Assembly (NCBI GenBank): GCA_048940925.1
Contig: JBHLOC010000007.1
Span: 56,064 to 120,063, forward strand
DNA length: 64,000 bases
Direction: 5' to 3'
Origin: Promethearchaeota archaeon
GTDB taxonomy: Archaea > Asgardarchaeota > Lokiarchaeia > Sigyniarchaeales > SOKP01
The notes beneath the pieces are model-generated. The model saw nothing but the letters and a program-made list of their open reading frames with translations. It ran no database searches and was not told where the DNA came from. Made by a program: the position numbers and the translations under genes. Below are positions 44,449-55,426 of the stretch, one piece after another (positions within the stretch are counted from its first letter, which is position 1; each line of letters begins with the position of its first letter).

Positions 44449-45483
44449 ATGGACTTAATGATTGAATACCTGAAAAGTCTTGGTAAAAATAAAATTATTT
44501 CGATAATAGGACTCGCAAAAAATGTTAGTAAAACTACCACATTGAACTATATCATACGAAATATCGGAGAACAATTCACTTTAGGTCTTACATCGATAGG
44601 AAGAGATGGGGAACAATATGATGTTATCACTGAATTACCAAAACCAAAAATATACATTAGAAATAAGACCTATGTAGTAACTGCTAAGCAGTGTTTTGAA
44701 GAGAGCTCAATAACTTTTGAACTAATAAAAAACACTGGATTTAATACACCCTTAGGAGAAATCGTGATATTAAGATCTAAAAGTGAAGGGTATATTGAAT
44801 TGGCTGGACCTTCAATTAATAGCCAACTATCTAGAATTTGTTTAGAACTTAAAAATTTAGGATGTGATTTTATATTAGTGGATGGGGCGTTTGACAGAAG
44901 ATCCTATGCAACTCCACAAATTTCAGATGCTACCATACTCTCAACTGGTGCCTCTGTATCAAGAAATATAAATGAAGTAATTGATATAACGATTCACACG
45001 ATTAAGTTATTAACCTTAGAGCAAGAGAAAAACTTAGAATTAAGGAAACTCTCAGAAGATATCTTAAAAAAATCAAAAGTGATTATTATTGATAAAAGTT
45101 ATAAAGTAAATTCTTTAAATGTAACAACGGCTTTAGATTCTGCTCAAGAAATTAGTGCAAATTTAGATGACAATTCTCAATATGTTATAATAAATGGAGC
45201 TATTACAGATAAACTATTGGAAGATTTGATGAAATCTACCCAAAATTATAAAGGAATTACTTTTCTAGTGGAAGATAGTACAAAATTGTTTTTAAGTCAA
45301 AGAACAACAAATAAATTTCTCAAAAAAGGAGGAATTTTAAAAGTTTTAAACCCTATAAATATAATTGCAGTAACAATAAACCCGACTTCTCCGTATGGAT
45401 ATAATTTTAATAGAGATAAATTTTTAAAATCATTACAGGAGAAATTGAATATTCCTGTTTATAATCTTGGAGTTAATGATTAA
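44449..45483 (+). CDS. kamB: Lysine 5,6-aminomutase reactivase subunit KamB-like P-loop protein
   Basis: SIIGLAKNVSKTTTLN, LTSIGRDGE, LAGPS and DGAFDR; located just upstream of kamDE. Confidence 0.8.
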   Translation: MDLMIEYLKSLGKNKIISIIGLAKNVSKTTTLNYIIRNIGEQFTLGLTSIGRDGEQYDVITELPKPKIYIRNKTYVVTAKQCFEESSITFELIKNTGFNTPLGEIVILRSKSEGYIELAGPSINSQLSRICLELKNLGCDFILVDGAFDRRSYATPQISDATILSTGASVSRNINEVIDITIHTIKLLTLEQEKNLELRKLSEDILKKSKVIIIDKSYKVNSLNVTTALDSAQEISANLDDNSQYVIINGAITDKLLEDLMKSTQNYKGITFLVEDSTKLFLSQRTTNKFLKKGGILKVLNPINIIAVTINPTSPYGYNFNRDKFLKSLQEKLNIPVYNLGVND

Positions 45484-45516
45484 ATTTTTAAAATTTTTTA
45501 AAAAAAAGTGAGATAA

Positions 45517-47106
45517 GTGAATGAAAAAGAATTAAATCGAAAAAGTAAGTTAAATTTAGATTTTTTGATTGTAGAGAAAGCAAGAGATACAGCAAAAAAT
45601 ATAGCATTAAGTACTCAAAAATTTATAGATCAACACACAACTACAACAATCGAAAGGACTGTATGTAGATTATTTGGAATTGATGGTGTAGATGAATTTG
45701 AAGTACCATTACCGAATATAGTAATTGATAGTATAAAAAAAGGAAAAGGACTTGGGAGTGGAGCAGCAGTTTACATCGGAAATGCAATATTGCACACAAA
45801 TTTTTCACCACAAGAGATTGCAGAAAAAGTAGCACATGAAGAATTGGATTTAATGGATCTACCCTTGAAAAGCCTTTCTGAAATCAAGGCAACAGTAAGA
45901 ATTATTGGCCAAGAATCACTGACAAAAATTACTCAAAACAAGAAAATAAGGGATAAATTACTTAAAAAATATGGTGATAAGGAAGGCCCCTTAATTTACG
46001 TAATTGTCGCTACTGGAAATATTTATGAGGATATCATCCAAGCTCAAGCAGCAGCTAGACAGGGAGCAGATGTAATTGCAGTTATAAGATCAACAGTGCA
46101 AAGTTTACTAGATTATGTCCCTTATGGTGCCACAACAGAAGGTTTTGGAGGAACTTATGCTACACAAGAAAACTTTAAACTTATGAGAAAAGCCTTAGAT
46201 GAAGTTAGTGAAGAAGTGGGAAGATATATACGATTAACTAACTATTGTTCTGGATTATGTATGCCTGAAATTGCGGCTATGGGTGCTTTTGAACGACTTG
46301 ATATGATGCTCAATGATGCTTTATATGGCATTTTATTTCGAGATATCAATATGAAAAGGACAATAATTGACCAATATTTTTCACGGATGATTAATGCTTA
46401 TGCGGGAATTATAATTAATACAGGAGAAGATAATTATCTCACAACAGCAGATGCATATGAAGCTGCTCACACAGTTCTAGCATCTCAATTTATAAATGAG
46501 CAATTTGCATTGTTAGCTGGATTAAAAGAAAATCAAATGGGATTAGGACACGCTTTTGAAATGAATCCAGATCTTAAAAATGGTTTTCTATATGAACTTG
46601 CTCAAGCACAAATGGCAAGAGAAATATTTCCTAACGCGCCATTAAAATATATGCCTCCGACTAAATATATGACGGGAAATATATTTAAGGGTCATATTCA
46701 GGATGCTTTATTCAATACTATTACTATTATGACTAATCAAAGGATACATCTGCTTGGTATGTTGACAGAAGCAATTCACACTCCCTTTATGTCAGATCGA
46801 GCTTTATCAATTGAAAATGCAAAATACATTTTCAATAATATGGAATCTATAAATGAGGAAATTGAATTTAAGAAAGGGGGAATAATGGAACGAAGAGCCA
46901 ATGAAATAGTAAATAAAGCTTACCATTTATTAAAAGATATTGAAAAAGAAGGTCTATTTAAAACTATTGAAAAAGGTATTTTTGCTAGTATTAAAAGACC
47001 TATTGATGGGGGCAAGGGATTGGGTGGTGTAATTAAAAAAGAAAAAGATTACTTTAATCCATTTATGGAACTCATGATTAATGAATTAAAGAAGGGAGGT
47101 AATTAA
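45517..47106 (+). CDS. kamD: Lysine 5,6-aminomutase alpha subunit
   Basis: YVIVATGNIYED, GATTEGFGGTYATQENF, NYCSGLCMPE and KYMPPTK motifs. Confidence 0.97.
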   Translation: MNEKELNRKSKLNLDFLIVEKARDTAKNIALSTQKFIDQHTTTTIERTVCRLFGIDGVDEFEVPLPNIVIDSIKKGKGLGSGAAVYIGNAILHTNFSPQEIAEKVAHEELDLMDLPLKSLSEIKATVRIIGQESLTKITQNKKIRDKLLKKYGDKEGPLIYVIVATGNIYEDIIQAQAAARQGADVIAVIRSTVQSLLDYVPYGATTEGFGGTYATQENFKLMRKALDEVSEEVGRYIRLTNYCSGLCMPEIAAMGAFERLDMMLNDALYGILFRDINMKRTIIDQYFSRMINAYAGIIINTGEDNYLTTADAYEAAHTVLASQFINEQFALLAGLKENQMGLGHAFEMNPDLKNGFLYELAQAQMAREIFPNAPLKYMPPTKYMTGNIFKGHIQDALFNTITIMTNQRIHLLGMLTEAIHTPFMSDRALSIENAKYIFNNMESINEEIEFKKGGIMERRANEIVNKAYHLLKDIEKEGLFKTIEKGIFASIKRPIDGGKGLGGVIKKEKDYFNPFMELMINELKKGGN

Positions 47107-47107
47107 A

Positions 47108-47905
47108 ATGGGAGGAGGTATGTATTCTACTGAAGAAAAAGATTTTGATAAAACTCTTGATCTAACAAGAATCAAAGCTTATGGAGATACTATGAATGAT
47201 GGTAAAGTTCAAATTAGTTTTACACTTCCGGTAGAAGATAGCGAAAAAGCAATCATAGCGGCGAAAAGTTTAGCTAGAAAAATGGGTTTAGAAGATCCTT
47301 CAGTAGTATATCATACGTCACTAGATAAGGACTTCACATTCTTCATTGTATATGGCAGTTTGATTCATACAATCGATATCACTAAAATTCAAGTAGAATC
47401 TGTAGAAGTTGAAGTTATGTCTAAAGAAGAAATTAATGAATTTATTAATGAGAATTTTAAGAGAAAAATAGTTGTACTTGGTGCTTCAACAGGATCAGAT
47501 GCTCATACTGTAGGAATTGATGCCATTATGAATATGAAAGGATTTGCTGGACATCATGGACTTGAAGTGTACGAAATGATCAAAACTTATAATCTTGGAA
47601 GTCAAGTAACAAATGAAGAATTTATAAAAAGGGCTATAGAATTACAAGCAGATGTGTTGCTTGTCTCTCAAACTGTTACTCAAAAAAATATTCACATGAA
47701 AAACTTAACTAATTTAGTAGAACTTTTAGAGGCTGAAGGAATAAGGGATCGAGTAATTTTAATATGTGGTGGAGCAAGAATAAGTAATGAATTGGCAAAA
47801 GAACTAGGATATGATGCTGGATTTGGACCTGGGACATATGCTGAAATTGTAGCAACCTATTTTATTAAAGAACTTGAAATAAGAAAGAATTTCAATAAAG
47901 AATAA
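47108..47905 (+). CDS. kamE: Lysine 5,6-aminomutase beta (B12-binding) subunit
   Basis: YGDTMNDGKVQ, DAHTVG B12 motif, MNMKG (PLP lysine); GGAGG SD upstream. Confidence 0.97.
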   Translation: MGGGMYSTEEKDFDKTLDLTRIKAYGDTMNDGKVQISFTLPVEDSEKAIIAAKSLARKMGLEDPSVVYHTSLDKDFTFFIVYGSLIHTIDITKIQVESVEVEVMSKEEINEFINENFKRKIVVLGASTGSDAHTVGIDAIMNMKGFAGHHGLEVYEMIKTYNLGSQVTNEEFIKRAIELQADVLLVSQTVTQKNIHMKNLTNLVELLEAEGIRDRVILICGGARISNELAKELGYDAGFGPGTYAEIVATYFIKELEIRKNFNKE

Positions 47906-47925
47906 GTAAAAAAATATATTAAAAC

Positions 47926-49299
47926 TTAACCTGATACTGTAAAACCTTCAAATGCTATCGATGGAATTTTTCCTCTATAAGTTAATTCAGTTTCATTTCC
48001 AATGGCAATTATTTGATTAAAACCTTTATAGAAGTTTCCTGCAATGGTAACTGGTTCTAATGGAGTAGTTATTTCACCATTTTCTATTTTAAAACTAGTC
48101 GGAGACACAATAGAAAAATCTCCAGATACAAAGTCAGAATGTCCTTCACCCATCAAATATCCTGTAGCAAATATCCCATTCTCGATTTCAGAAGCAATTT
48201 CGTTTAGATTTTTAGATCCTGGATTAATTGAAATAGTTGTCAGTGCTATCGAAGGTACTGATTCATAGGATTGAGGCCCTCTTCTATTAGCATTTCCTGT
48301 ATTTTCTGCTGAATAAATTTGACTGTAATAATGGTCAAAAATGAAAGATTTCAACTCTCCTTTTTCAATAATTAATGTTTTCTTATGTGGAAATCCCTCA
48401 TCATCAATTGCCACCATTTTGGGATCTTCAGGAATTTGAGCATCATCATAGATATTTAGAAAAGGAACCCCAACTTGGGTATTCAGTTTATCAGCAAAAG
48501 TACATCTTCCCTCAATAACACTTTTACCACTTACACTATTTAGTAAACTTGCATATATCAATTGAGATGCTGTTAAATTGTTAAAAAGTACACGCATTTG
48601 ACCTGTCTTATTAAGTGGCCTAGACTTTAAGAACTTTAATGCTCTCTCAGCACCAGTCTTCCCAAAACCTTCAAATTTTGGAACTCCTCGTCCTATTATC
48701 ATATTTACTCCTGTTTTACTCTTATTACCTTCGTTAGCTACAAACTCAGCATCCATCATTCCAAATGAAGTTTTGCTGGATTTAGAAAGGCCTTCCGTAT
48801 TTCCTACAGCAAATGCTCCATAACCAATTGAAATTGTACCTCTTACAGATGATATCCTAGAATCATAATTTTTAGCTTCGTTAAAAATCAAATTAGCACC
48901 ATTTACAACTTCTTCACTATCAATTTCCAGAACAGAATCGTCTATAATTCCTTCCTTACCTTTTTCTGAAGAATTGACAAAGTTATTCCACCGATCATCT
49001 TCCTTAGTTAATGTTCTGGAAATTTTTGATGCAGATTCAATAGCAAAATTTATAGCATTGTCTGTAATTCCCGAAGCAGAAGCAAATCCAACTTTTTTGG
49101 CTATTACACAACGACACCCTACGCCAATATTTCCTCCTTGAGTTGCATCAATCATACCGCTTTTTATTTTAATATCTAATGATTGCAGTTTAGTGATATA
49201 AAGTTCAAGAGCATCGATCCGTAAAGATAAACCAAATTTTAAACCACGATCGATACGAAAAAGAAGATCTGATTCCCAATCATCAAAATCTATGTTCAT
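47926..49299 (-). CDS. pmbA: TldD/PmbA family protein, non-catalytic PmbA(TldE)-like partner
   Basis: DDEG, TGNANR, SGDFS and IAGN motifs; no HExxxH; immediately downstream of tldD. Confidence 0.85.
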   Translation of the reverse strand: MNIDFDDWESDLLFRIDRGLKFGLSLRIDALELYITKLQSLDIKIKSGMIDATQGGNIGVGCRCVIAKKVGFASASGITDNAINFAIESASKISRTLTKEDDRWNNFVNSSEKGKEGIIDDSVLEIDSEEVVNGANLIFNEAKNYDSRISSVRGTISIGYGAFAVGNTEGLSKSSKTSFGMMDAEFVANEGNKSKTGVNMIIGRGVPKFEGFGKTGAERALKFLKSRPLNKTGQMRVLFNNLTASQLIYASLLNSVSGKSVIEGRCTFADKLNTQVGVPFLNIYDDAQIPEDPKMVAIDDEGFPHKKTLIIEKGELKSFIFDHYYSQIYSAENTGNANRRGPQSYESVPSIALTTISINPGSKNLNEIASEIENGIFATGYLMGEGHSDFVSGDFSIVSPTSFKIENGEITTPLEPVTIAGNFYKGFNQIIAIGNETELTYRGKIPSIAFEGFTVSG

Positions 49300-49301
49300 T
49301 T

Positions 49302-50729
49302 TTATTCTTCACCTCCAAATCGAACATTATTTATTAATAGTTTTGGACCCCCAAGCCCTACAGGAAGAGGTGATTGGCCATCTTTTCCACATCCACCAAA
49401 ATAAGTAGCAAACATAACTAGATCTTTTGTAGCACCTTCCACATTTTTAAGCAATTGAAGAATATTTCCCGTCAAAGAAACATCTTTTAATGGATATTTC
49501 TTTTCTCCATTTTCAACCCAATAACCTCTAACTGCTTTAAAGAAAAACGATCCATCCATGCCTACTTGTCCTCCTAAAGTATTAATAGCATAGATCCCTG
49601 TTCCTAATTGTTTTATAGCTTCCTCTTCTGTAAGATCTCCTGGCAAAAAATAAGTATTTTTCATTCTTGGTATTGGAGCAAATGTGAAGTTTACAGCTCT
49701 AGCATTACCAGTAGGTTTTGCCTTTAATAGTTTAGCTGTAGAACGTGAATGCAAGAATTCTTTTAATAGACCATTTTCGATAAGAACATTATGTTTCGTT
49801 TTTACTCCTTGGTCATCATAAGGAAGCCAAAAACCAGAAACATTCTCATCTTGTATTGGTGTTCCTTCATCAATTATTGTTACATATTCAGAACCTAGTA
49901 TTTCTCCCAATTTATTATGAATCGGAGTGCCTTTAGAAACAACAAAATCGCCTTCAGTTAAATGACCAAAACTTTCATGAGCCAGAACTCCAACTAATAT
50001 ATTCTCACAAAGTGCTCGAAATATACCAGCTGGTGCTACTTTAGCTTTTATCTTCTCTCTTGCCCATAACGCAGCATTTTTACCCAAATCTTCCGGTGAA
50101 AAATTTTTCATTTTTAAATGTTCTAAACCTATAGAACCTGATCTTACATCTGAAGCATTTACAAGATCTCCTTGAGAAGTCTTACTAGTGACTTCGCATC
50201 TCACGTCTAATAGGAATGGATGCCAATGAATCTCAGTCCCCTCTGAATTTGTAAATAATTTCTCTCCAGACAATTCTCCATAAAGAGCTTTTATAGATGC
50301 GATATCTTTACCATTCTCTTTCATAGAGTCTTCCATCCGGCTTAATAACTCTAATTTTTCATGATTTTCAACTAACCACGCTGGTTCTCTGATTTTTGGT
50401 TTAAGATATACATTTTTTATCGGTTCTAGGGGTTCTATTTCAGATTTAATACTAACCGCTAAGGCACTAGCTTTAGCTATACTTAAAGCATCCATAGCTG
50501 ATTGTTCAAGATTGGTTTTAGATAAATCCGCTGAAAAAGCATAACCGGTAGCCCCTTTATAATACACATTAAATCCAACACCAGCTCGTTTCATTGCTTT
50601 ACATTCTTGAATTCTCTCATTGTCTTTTATTATAGTCCTAAGTAAAAGTTCGTCATAACGAGCTTCAACAAAATCTGCACCTTTAGTCTCAACTTTAGAA
50701 ATTATAGTTTGCAACTCATCAAACATCAA
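49302..50729 (-). CDS. tldD: TldD metalloprotease
   Basis: HESFGH, YDDQG, PRMKNT and GGCGKDGQ motifs. Confidence 0.9.
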   Translation of the reverse strand: MMFDELQTIISKVETKGADFVEARYDELLLRTIIKDNERIQECKAMKRAGVGFNVYYKGATGYAFSADLSKTNLEQSAMDALSIAKASALAVSIKSEIEPLEPIKNVYLKPKIREPAWLVENHEKLELLSRMEDSMKENGKDIASIKALYGELSGEKLFTNSEGTEIHWHPFLLDVRCEVTSKTSQGDLVNASDVRSGSIGLEHLKMKNFSPEDLGKNAALWAREKIKAKVAPAGIFRALCENILVGVLAHESFGHLTEGDFVVSKGTPIHNKLGEILGSEYVTIIDEGTPIQDENVSGFWLPYDDQGVKTKHNVLIENGLLKEFLHSRSTAKLLKAKPTGNARAVNFTFAPIPRMKNTYFLPGDLTEEEAIKQLGTGIYAINTLGGQVGMDGSFFFKAVRGYWVENGEKKYPLKDVSLTGNILQLLKNVEGATKDLVMFATYFGGCGKDGQSPLPVGLGGPKLLINNVRFGGEE

Positions 50730-50921
50730 ATTACCTCTAATTTTAAGATTTTTAATAATATATTTGCTAATAATTCTATATATCCGGTATAATGATAAAA
50801 AAGTAACTTAAATCAATTATTTTTAATTAATCCCACTTCATTCCCTTATTCATTAAAAATCTAAAACTTTATGGATATTTTCATATTATAAAGTAATAGA
50901 ACAACTACTAAATTTGAAAAG

Positions 50922-52193
50922 ATGTGTACAATGCCAACTACAAAAGATTTTATTAATATGGATCTTGAATATTGTGCTCATAATTATCATCCTATTCCTG
51001 TTGTTATATCAAGAGCAGAAGGTGTTTGGGTCTATGATCCTGAAGGAAATAAATATTTAGATTGCTTATCAGCTTATTCATCTCAAAATACGGGACACTG
51101 CCATCCAGAAATTATTGCTACTCTCAAGGAACAAGCAGATATTGTGACATTAACCTCTCGAGCGTTTCATAATGATAAGATGGGACCTTTTTTAAAAATG
51201 TTAGCTGAGGTTGTAGGTCCACATATAAACGATCCTCATAATTCAGGAATAATGTCAATACCTATGAATACCGGAACGGAAGCAGTATCAACTGGTATTA
51301 AAATGGTAAGAGCATGGGGGTATATAAAGAAAAAAATTCCAAAAAATAAAGCTGTAATAATTGTATGTAGAAATAATTTTCATGGAAGAACAATCACGAT
51401 AGTAGGATTTAGTTCTGATATTTCAGCGGTTCGATATTATGGAAATTTTGGGCCTTATACTCCGGGATTTACTATTATACCCTATGGTGATGCTGAAGAA
51501 TTAGAAAATACAATTTTAGAAATCGGTCCTGAAAAAGTAGCTGCTTTTTTAGTAGAACCTATCCAAGGCGAAGCTGGAGTTAATGTTCCTCCAGAAGGAT
51601 ATTTAAGAGCAGTAAGAGAAATTTGTACAAAATATAATATTTTAATGGTTTTAGACGAGATTCAAACTGGTTTTTGTAGAACTGGTGAACTTTTTGCATG
51701 TGACCATGAAAATGTGAAACCAGATATGTTACTATTAGGTAAAGCGTTAGGAGGAGGAATTTATCCTGTGTCTGCATGCGTTACTACAAAAGAGGTTATT
51801 GGACCAGATGTAATCAAACCAGGAACTCACGGAAGTACTTTTGGTGGAAATCCTTTAGGCGCTGCTATTGCAATGAAATCAATTGATATCCATTTACGTG
51901 AGAATCTCGCTGAACGTGCGAAAGAAATGGGTGCCTATTTTATTAAAAGACTTAGAGAAATTGGAGAGAAAAAAACAAAAATTCCAATAAAAGAGATCAG
52001 AGGTAAAGGATTACTTGTTGCTGTTGAATTTACTGCGGATGCAAGATCCATCGTTGAGGAATTGAAGAACAACGGAATTTTAGCTAAAGATACCCATTCA
52101 ACAACCATACGATTTGCTCCTCCCTTAATAATAACTAAAGAAGAGATAGATTGGGCTCTTAAAGTAATTGAAAAAGTCTTTGTGAAACATTAA
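50922..52193 (+). CDS. rocD: Ornithine aminotransferase
   Basis: AHNYHPIPVV, LSAYSS, LTSRAF, EPIQGEAG, LGKALGGG and HGSTFGGNPL motifs. Confidence 0.93.
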   Translation: MCTMPTTKDFINMDLEYCAHNYHPIPVVISRAEGVWVYDPEGNKYLDCLSAYSSQNTGHCHPEIIATLKEQADIVTLTSRAFHNDKMGPFLKMLAEVVGPHINDPHNSGIMSIPMNTGTEAVSTGIKMVRAWGYIKKKIPKNKAVIIVCRNNFHGRTITIVGFSSDISAVRYYGNFGPYTPGFTIIPYGDAEELENTILEIGPEKVAAFLVEPIQGEAGVNVPPEGYLRAVREICTKYNILMVLDEIQTGFCRTGELFACDHENVKPDMLLLGKALGGGIYPVSACVTTKEVIGPDVIKPGTHGSTFGGNPLGAAIAMKSIDIHLRENLAERAKEMGAYFIKRLREIGEKKTKIPIKEIRGKGLLVAVEFTADARSIVEELKNNGILAKDTHSTTIRFAPPLIITKEEIDWALKVIEKVFVKH

Positions 52194-52234
52194 AAAATAG
52201 TAAATGAATTTTTCTTTAAATAATGTCTATTAAT

Positions 52235-53149
52235 TTAATTATCTCTAAAAATATGAGTTCCTGCTTTTCCTTCTAAAGCTTCTTTTATTTTTTCAATGGA
52301 GGTAATAATCGCTTTTTCTCCCCCTGATTCCATAAAATTAATTATTGCTTGAATTTTAGGTCCCATACTTCCAGCTGGGAATTGACCTTCTTTCAAATAT
52401 TTTTTAGCATCAGATATTGAAATCTTATCAAAATCTTTTTGGTCAGGGGTCTTATAATTAATAGCAACTTTCTCTACATCAGTAGCTATCAATAAAATAT
52501 CTGCTCCAATTTGTTCAGCTAATTTTGAACTAGCAAGATCTTTATCTATAACTGCCTCAACACCATATAATCTTTTTTTTTCTTTTATAACAGGAATTCC
52601 ACCGCCTCCACAGGCTATTACTATCCAACTTCCTAATTCCATAAGCCTTTTAATTTCACGCCATTGATAGATCTTTATAGGTTTTGGAGAAGGTACCACA
52701 CGACGATATCCCTTGGTTGTTTTCACATATCCCGGTTTTGGAACATCATATGCAGGACCGATTGGTTTAGTTGGATTATAAAAAGCTGAGTCTTCTGGAT
52801 CAACCTTCACATAAGTGAGAACAGTAAGAAAAAGTTTATCTTCATCAAGTCCTAATCTCATCAATTCTTCATCTAAAGTTGATTCAATCATAAAACCAAT
52901 TTGTCCCTGTGTTTCTGCTACTAAAATCTGTAAAGGTCTTTTTGTAACTGCCATCGTTGCCTCTTGTTGTAATAGAAGATTTCCTACTTGAGGTCCATTA
53001 CCATGTGTTATAATTATATTATAATTCTTCGCTAATTCAGCTATCTGACTAATAGGAACTCTTAAATTCTTGAATTGCTCCTCTGTTGTGCCTTCCTCTC
53101 CAAATTTAATTAACGCATTTCCTCCAAGCGCGATTATTAATGTTTTCAA
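52235..53149 (-). CDS. arcC: Carbamate kinase
   Basis: ALGGNAL, THGNGPQVG, PTKPIGP, RRVVPSP, GGGGIPV and GSMGPK motifs. Confidence 0.95.
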   Translation of the reverse strand: MKTLIIALGGNALIKFGEEGTTEEQFKNLRVPISQIAELAKNYNIIITHGNGPQVGNLLLQQEATMAVTKRPLQILVAETQGQIGFMIESTLDEELMRLGLDEDKLFLTVLTYVKVDPEDSAFYNPTKPIGPAYDVPKPGYVKTTKGYRRVVPSPKPIKIYQWREIKRLMELGSWIVIACGGGGIPVIKEKKRLYGVEAVIDKDLASSKLAEQIGADILLIATDVEKVAINYKTPDQKDFDKISISDAKKYLKEGQFPAGSMGPKIQAIINFMESGGEKAIITSIEKIKEALEGKAGTHIFRDN

Positions 53150-53324
53150 TTAATGTACCTCTAGGTAAAATTACATAAAAGTAAATGAAAAATAAATAAT
53201 ATTAAACGTTTTATTTAAAATTTATCTCATAGAGAGATTCTTATTTCGTTTTCCTTTTTATTAATTTCTGAAAACATCAAAATCATCAGTAAAAAGGCTG
53301 TACACTATTCAATATCTTTATTAT

Positions 53325-54242
53325 TTAACCTAACCTTGGAGTTATATTCTTGAAAGGGGTAGTAACCGCTCTAGGCCACCCCGGATTTAATTTTATAAGT
53401 GCAGCAAGATGAAATACCGCCCAAGCTCCACAAAGATCGCAATTTACATCATTTCCATAACAACAAAATGGCAATTCAAATCCCTTATCTCCAAGATATA
53501 AGGGAACCATATAATTTTTAACAGGACAGTTTTGAGTAAATTCTAAGGCATTTTGAGATAACATAAGTTCTAAAACCTTCAAATAATTTAGAATAAATTT
53601 AGGATATTTTTTCTTAAGTTTCATTATTTTTTTAATGGCTAAATCTCGTTTCTCCAAAGACTTCCAGCAGAAACCGCTTATATCATTTTTTTTCGGTACA
53701 TAGAAGGTGAAATTCACCCCCCTAATGGGTGTTTCTTTTTGTAAACATTTTATAAAAGCTTCTAGATGATTTTCATTCCTTTTAGTTATTACACAACTAC
53801 ATTGAAGGTCACCACTAAAATTTCCAGGTAAATTATTTAAATTATTAATAACTTTCTCAAAACTCCCCTTACCCCTTAACTCATCATTTATACCTTCAGG
53901 GCCATCTAAAGAAATTACCCATCTTATTTTTGGTCCAAGATTAAATAAGGGTAAAGTTCCATTAGTTGTAATCGTATTTTGAGGGAAAATTTTGACACCT
54001 AATTCTAATACATCTTTTCTTAGAAGTGGTTCTCCACCCATCCAAACCATTCGAACAATCCCATATCGTTTTTTAAATTTTTTAATTTCATTTATCATTT
54101 GCTTTGCAGGCATTTCATTCTTCTTAGTAGGAGTATGAGGTGTGCCCTCCCTATAAATAAAACAATGTTTACATTTTAAAGTACATCTATTTGTTATATT
54201 TACCATTGCAATAGGACGCAACTCTTTATTCAATGTTTCCAC
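53325..54242 (-). CDS. Radical SAM protein with C-terminal Cys cluster
   Basis: CTLKCKHC, GGEPLLR, TNG, ISLDG and CCYGNDVNCDLC. Confidence 0.88.
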   Translation of the reverse strand: METLNKELRPIAMVNITNRCTLKCKHCFIYREGTPHTPTKKNEMPAKQMINEIKKFKKRYGIVRMVWMGGEPLLRKDVLELGVKIFPQNTITTNGTLPLFNLGPKIRWVISLDGPEGINDELRGKGSFEKVINNLNNLPGNFSGDLQCSCVITKRNENHLEAFIKCLQKETPIRGVNFTFYVPKKNDISGFCWKSLEKRDLAIKKIMKLKKKYPKFILNYLKVLELMLSQNALEFTQNCPVKNYMVPLYLGDKGFELPFCCYGNDVNCDLCGAWAVFHLAALIKLNPGWPRAVTTPFKNITPRLG

Positions 54243-54442
54243 TTTTTATAATAACTAGTTACTGATCTCAAGATCATCAATTCAATCAGAATATTTTATA
54301 GTTTTTAATAGTATTTAATTTAATTTGATCCAAGAAATAGATTTAAATAATATTCTGAAAAGATTCTATTAATGATTATTTTAAAATATTCTTATTATGA
54401 GCAATTCTATTAAAAGATTAATTAAAATTAAGTCAAGAAGAA

Positions 54443-55426
54443 ATGCCAAAAAAGAATTTTCGTATCTTTAAGGGAATTATTATTTTATGTTTCATCATTT
54501 TGAGTTATGTTGTTCTTAATTTCTTTTTTTACTACAACCAACACTATAACTGGAATAATATAAAATTAAGACTCAATTGGATGTTTACTATACTTTATTT
54601 TACTATTATGTTTTATACTCTTTTTTTTATGATTAGCTTTAAACTTTACAACCAAATTTTTATTTTTATAGTTACAATCGGCACTTTATTATGGATCATA
54701 ATTTATCTGTTTGATCTTCTTAAGATTGAGCTAAATTTTTGGGATTGGTATACGCTGAGAGATTCTGCCACAATTATATCTATATCTGTATTAGCTCCTG
54801 GAGTTGCATTGAATCAAATTAAATATATCAAGAATCATTCTAATCAAAATGAAAAAGGAAAGATTTTTAAGAATTATCATATTCATGAAGGATTTGTTGG
54901 GATTATATTTGTTATATTAGCGATTATCTTATTGATTACATTTTATATTTTCATCCAATATAAGATAATGAATAATGAATTAAAAGTAATCTTAGCTATA
55001 ACTATGATATTGTTATATCTGTTTTTATTTAGTGGAAGCTTCCTCATTTTCCGAGATAGAAGAGATTTAGTTAATTTAAAAATGATTGAAAGACGAAATT
55101 CTACAATTGAAAACAATACATTATCAATTTTTAATCCAATTACTCAAGATTCTATAGAATTTTTTAAAACTCCCCGTTTTTTGTTATATCCTTATGGACT
55201 TCTACTTAATAGCTTGTCACTAAATATGCTTATACATGGAACGGATTTCTTATTAGAAGAAATATTTAGTCTTAAATATGAAGTCATTGTTTTTTTAGGA
55301 TTTATTTTTTGTTTCATTGGAGGAGTTTTAATGGGAATAGACTGGTATCGTTTATTTGGAAAAATTTATCCCGTTGAGTTTAAAGAGATTGAAAAAATTT
55401 TAAATGAGTTAAGAATTTCAGCTTAA
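54443..55426 (+). CDS. Polytopic membrane protein of unknown function
   Basis: About 8 hydrophobic helices and a YHIHEG motif. Confidence 0.75.
   Translation: MPKKNFRIFKGIIILCFIILSYVVLNFFFYYNQHYNWNNIKLRLNWMFTILYFTIMFYTLFFMISFKLYNQIFIFIVTIGTLLWIIIYLFDLLKIELNFWDWYTLRDSATIISISVLAPGVALNQIKYIKNHSNQNEKGKIFKNYHIHEGFVGIIFVILAIILLITFYIFIQYKIMNNELKVILAITMILLYLFLFSGSFLIFRDRRDLVNLKMIERRNSTIENNTLSIFNPITQDSIEFFKTPRFLLYPYGLLLNSLSLNMLIHGTDFLLEEIFSLKYEVIVFLGFIFCFIGGVLMGIDWYRLFGKIYPVEFKEIEKILNELRISA

Noticed and set aside
47926-54242. TldD/PmbA plus radical SAM as a RiPP biosynthetic cluster
   Set aside because: The genes are separated by rocD and arcC, no precursor peptide or transporter is evident, and TldD/PmbA pairs are common archaeal housekeeping genes.
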